Source of the DNA: Candidatus Poribacteria bacterium
Lineage (GTDB): Bacteria > Poribacteria > WGA-4E > PCPOR2b
DNA length: 64,000 nucleotides
Direction of reading: 5' to 3'
Assembly (NCBI GenBank): GCA_965208675.1
Contig: OZ242351.1
Location: 1,568,001 to 1,632,000 of the forward strand
Below are positions 62,607-64,000 of the stretch, piece by piece. Every line of letters begins with the position of its first letter. Position 1 is the first letter of the stretch. Under the pieces are notes generated by a model, which did not search any database, had not been told where the DNA came from, and saw nothing but the letters and a program-made list of their open reading frames with translations. Made by a program: the position numbers and the translations under genes.

Positions 62607-62664
62607 GCCGATTAAATTCATGCGCTCCCAAATTTGCGCGCTGCCGATTGGTTCGTTCAACCGT

Positions 62665-64000
62665 TCACGCAAGCACCAGAGATTCACCCTTCCCAGTTAA
62701 TTCTTCCCGCTCAATCATCAACTCTATGATTAATTCAACTCGCCGCCGCATCTCCGTACTGACCGATTTGAATCCAAACAGCTTGCAAACCTCGCGGGTT
62801 AAATCACCAGACTCAATCCCAAAAGCGTGAGAAACAACCTGCTTGATAGCCGTCTCTATCTCCTCGGGCGCTATTAGCTCCAACTTTCGCGACGCGTTCG
62901 GGAGCTCGCTCCGGTCTCGCACGATGTTGACCTGTCCTTGATCCTTCAAGTAGAAAAAATCACCTCTAATCTCAATACTTCCGGATCGCGCCGCCTGTCT
63001 GGCAGCGGCTTTCACTGTGTTTTGGATTCGGTTGCCAACACGGTTTACACCTACCGCATTTGCGATGCGTCTCGCCGCTTCGTCGAAATGCACGGGACTC
63101 TCGATTTCAACAACCCGCTGAATCCACCCTTGCATCTTCAACGGCGGAACCTTATGCAGGCTAAGCCCATTAGTGGAAATAACTAATTCAGTGAGTTTGT
63201 ACTTTTCAGCGAGGGAATTCTCCCGCAATTCCGATTCGGAATGAACTGGTGTATCCTCAGAATCTCCCGCCGGTTCTTCATCGCCGTTATTGGAATTGGC
63301 GCTGTCGTCTTCAGGAGAGGGTTCAGGCGCCGAAGGAATGTGTACCCTCGCCGCCTCGATCGCCTCAACCGCCTTCCTGAGTTCTTTGTCGCAAGTTCTA
63401 AACCAATCGGTACTCCAGATACGGTGGACCCGCCAACCGAGTCCTTCAAGCACCTGCTGCCGAAGCCGGTCGCGGTCGCGTGCTGATTGTGCGCTGTGAT
63501 AGGTGGCGCCGTCACACTCAATGCCCAGCAGATAACGCCCCGGACGTTGCGGGTCTTTAACGCCGAGATCGATAAAATAACCAGATGAACCGATTTGATG
63601 TTCAACTTGGTAGCCAAGGTTGCGCAGCGCTTCTGCGACCTCCTCCTCAAACTGCGAACCCGCCTCTCTGCCCGACTCCCTGGGAATCTCAAGGTCGCCC
63701 GTTTCTGCATATTTCAGGTAACGTTTGAGTGCAGCGACACCGCGGGCCTCCGTACGGCTCAGGTCAATATCATCGCCTTTCAGGTTGGTGAACACTTCAC
63801 AACGCCGCCGCGCCCGTGTAATCAATACGTTCAACCGCCGCTCTCCGCCGTCTTGGTTGAGCGGACCGAAGTTCATCGTGAGATGTCCATTGGCGTCTCG
63901 CCCGTAACCGATGCTGATAAAAATGACATCGCGTTCATCCCCCTGGACATTCTCCAAATTTTTGACGAAAAACGGTTCTTCCGGGTGGGCGTTGAAAAAC
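62665..64000 (-). CDS. Large SF1 (Upf1-like) helicase with Vsr-like nuclease and DUF3320-like C-terminus (3' part; DUF4011/Hhe-type)
   Basis: The frame is open to the window edge (FFVKNLENVQGDERD), with RRLNVLITRAR, SQFEEEV...IDL...GIECDG...RDRDRLRQ and GWRVHRIWSTDW. Confidence 0.85.
   Translation of the reverse strand, partial: FFNAHPEEPFFVKNLENVQGDERDVIFISIGYGRDANGHLTMNFGPLNQDGGERRLNVLITRARRRCEVFTNLKGDDIDLSRTEARGVAALKRYLKYAETGDLEIPRESGREAGSQFEEEVAEALRNLGYQVEHQIGSSGYFIDLGVKDPQRPGRYLLGIECDGATYHSAQSARDRDRLRQQVLEGLGWRVHRIWSTDWFRTCDKELRKAVEAIEAARVHIPSAPEPSPEDDSANSNNGDEEPAGDSEDTPVHSESELRENSLAEKYKLTELVISTNGLSLHKVPPLKMQGWIQRVVEIESPVHFDEAARRIANAVGVNRVGNRIQNTVKAAARQAARSGSIEIRGDFFYLKDQGQVNIVRDRSELPNASRKLELIAPEEIETAIKQVVSHAFGIESGDLTREVCKLFGFKSVSTEMRRRVELIIELMIEREELTGKGESLVLA

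Overview
Gene-dense bacterial chromosomal window from a diderm organism. Candidatus Poribacteria is my guess, inferred from the dockerin-like plus 'LLPNYPNPFNPETW' C-terminal-domain protein, the PorV-like barrel and the GTAG-type intergenic repeats. Contents in order: a type II-like restriction-modification pair (the nuclease runs off the left edge and is absent from the ORF track); an FMN-riboswitch-controlled ribD-ribE-ribBA-ribH operon; an orphan Rad50/SbcC-like ATPase with a 69-aa partner and no nuclease; a secreted IPT/dockerin protein; small catabolic enzymes; cinA; a promoter/leader/terminator unit before DUF4234- and DUF2752-like genes; a plant-like lysA; tamB-bamA; a tRNA-rpmG-secE-nusG-rplKAJL cluster lacking tuf and not followed by rpoB; a PorV-like barrel fused to a lytic transglycosylase next to a LysM-M23 peptidase; a selenocysteine formate dehydrogenase (split in the ORF track at an in-frame UGA with a SECIS) plus a fused NuoE-NuoF partner; an ECF sigma/anti-sigma/RseB locus; recJ-relA, rpmB, ligA, dapF-dapA and an NhaC-family transporter; and two putative defence nucleases at the right edge. 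Intergenic spaces hold several REP-like families and one MITE. No CRISPR array or rRNA was seen. All family calls come from motif recognition by eye; no database search was run.
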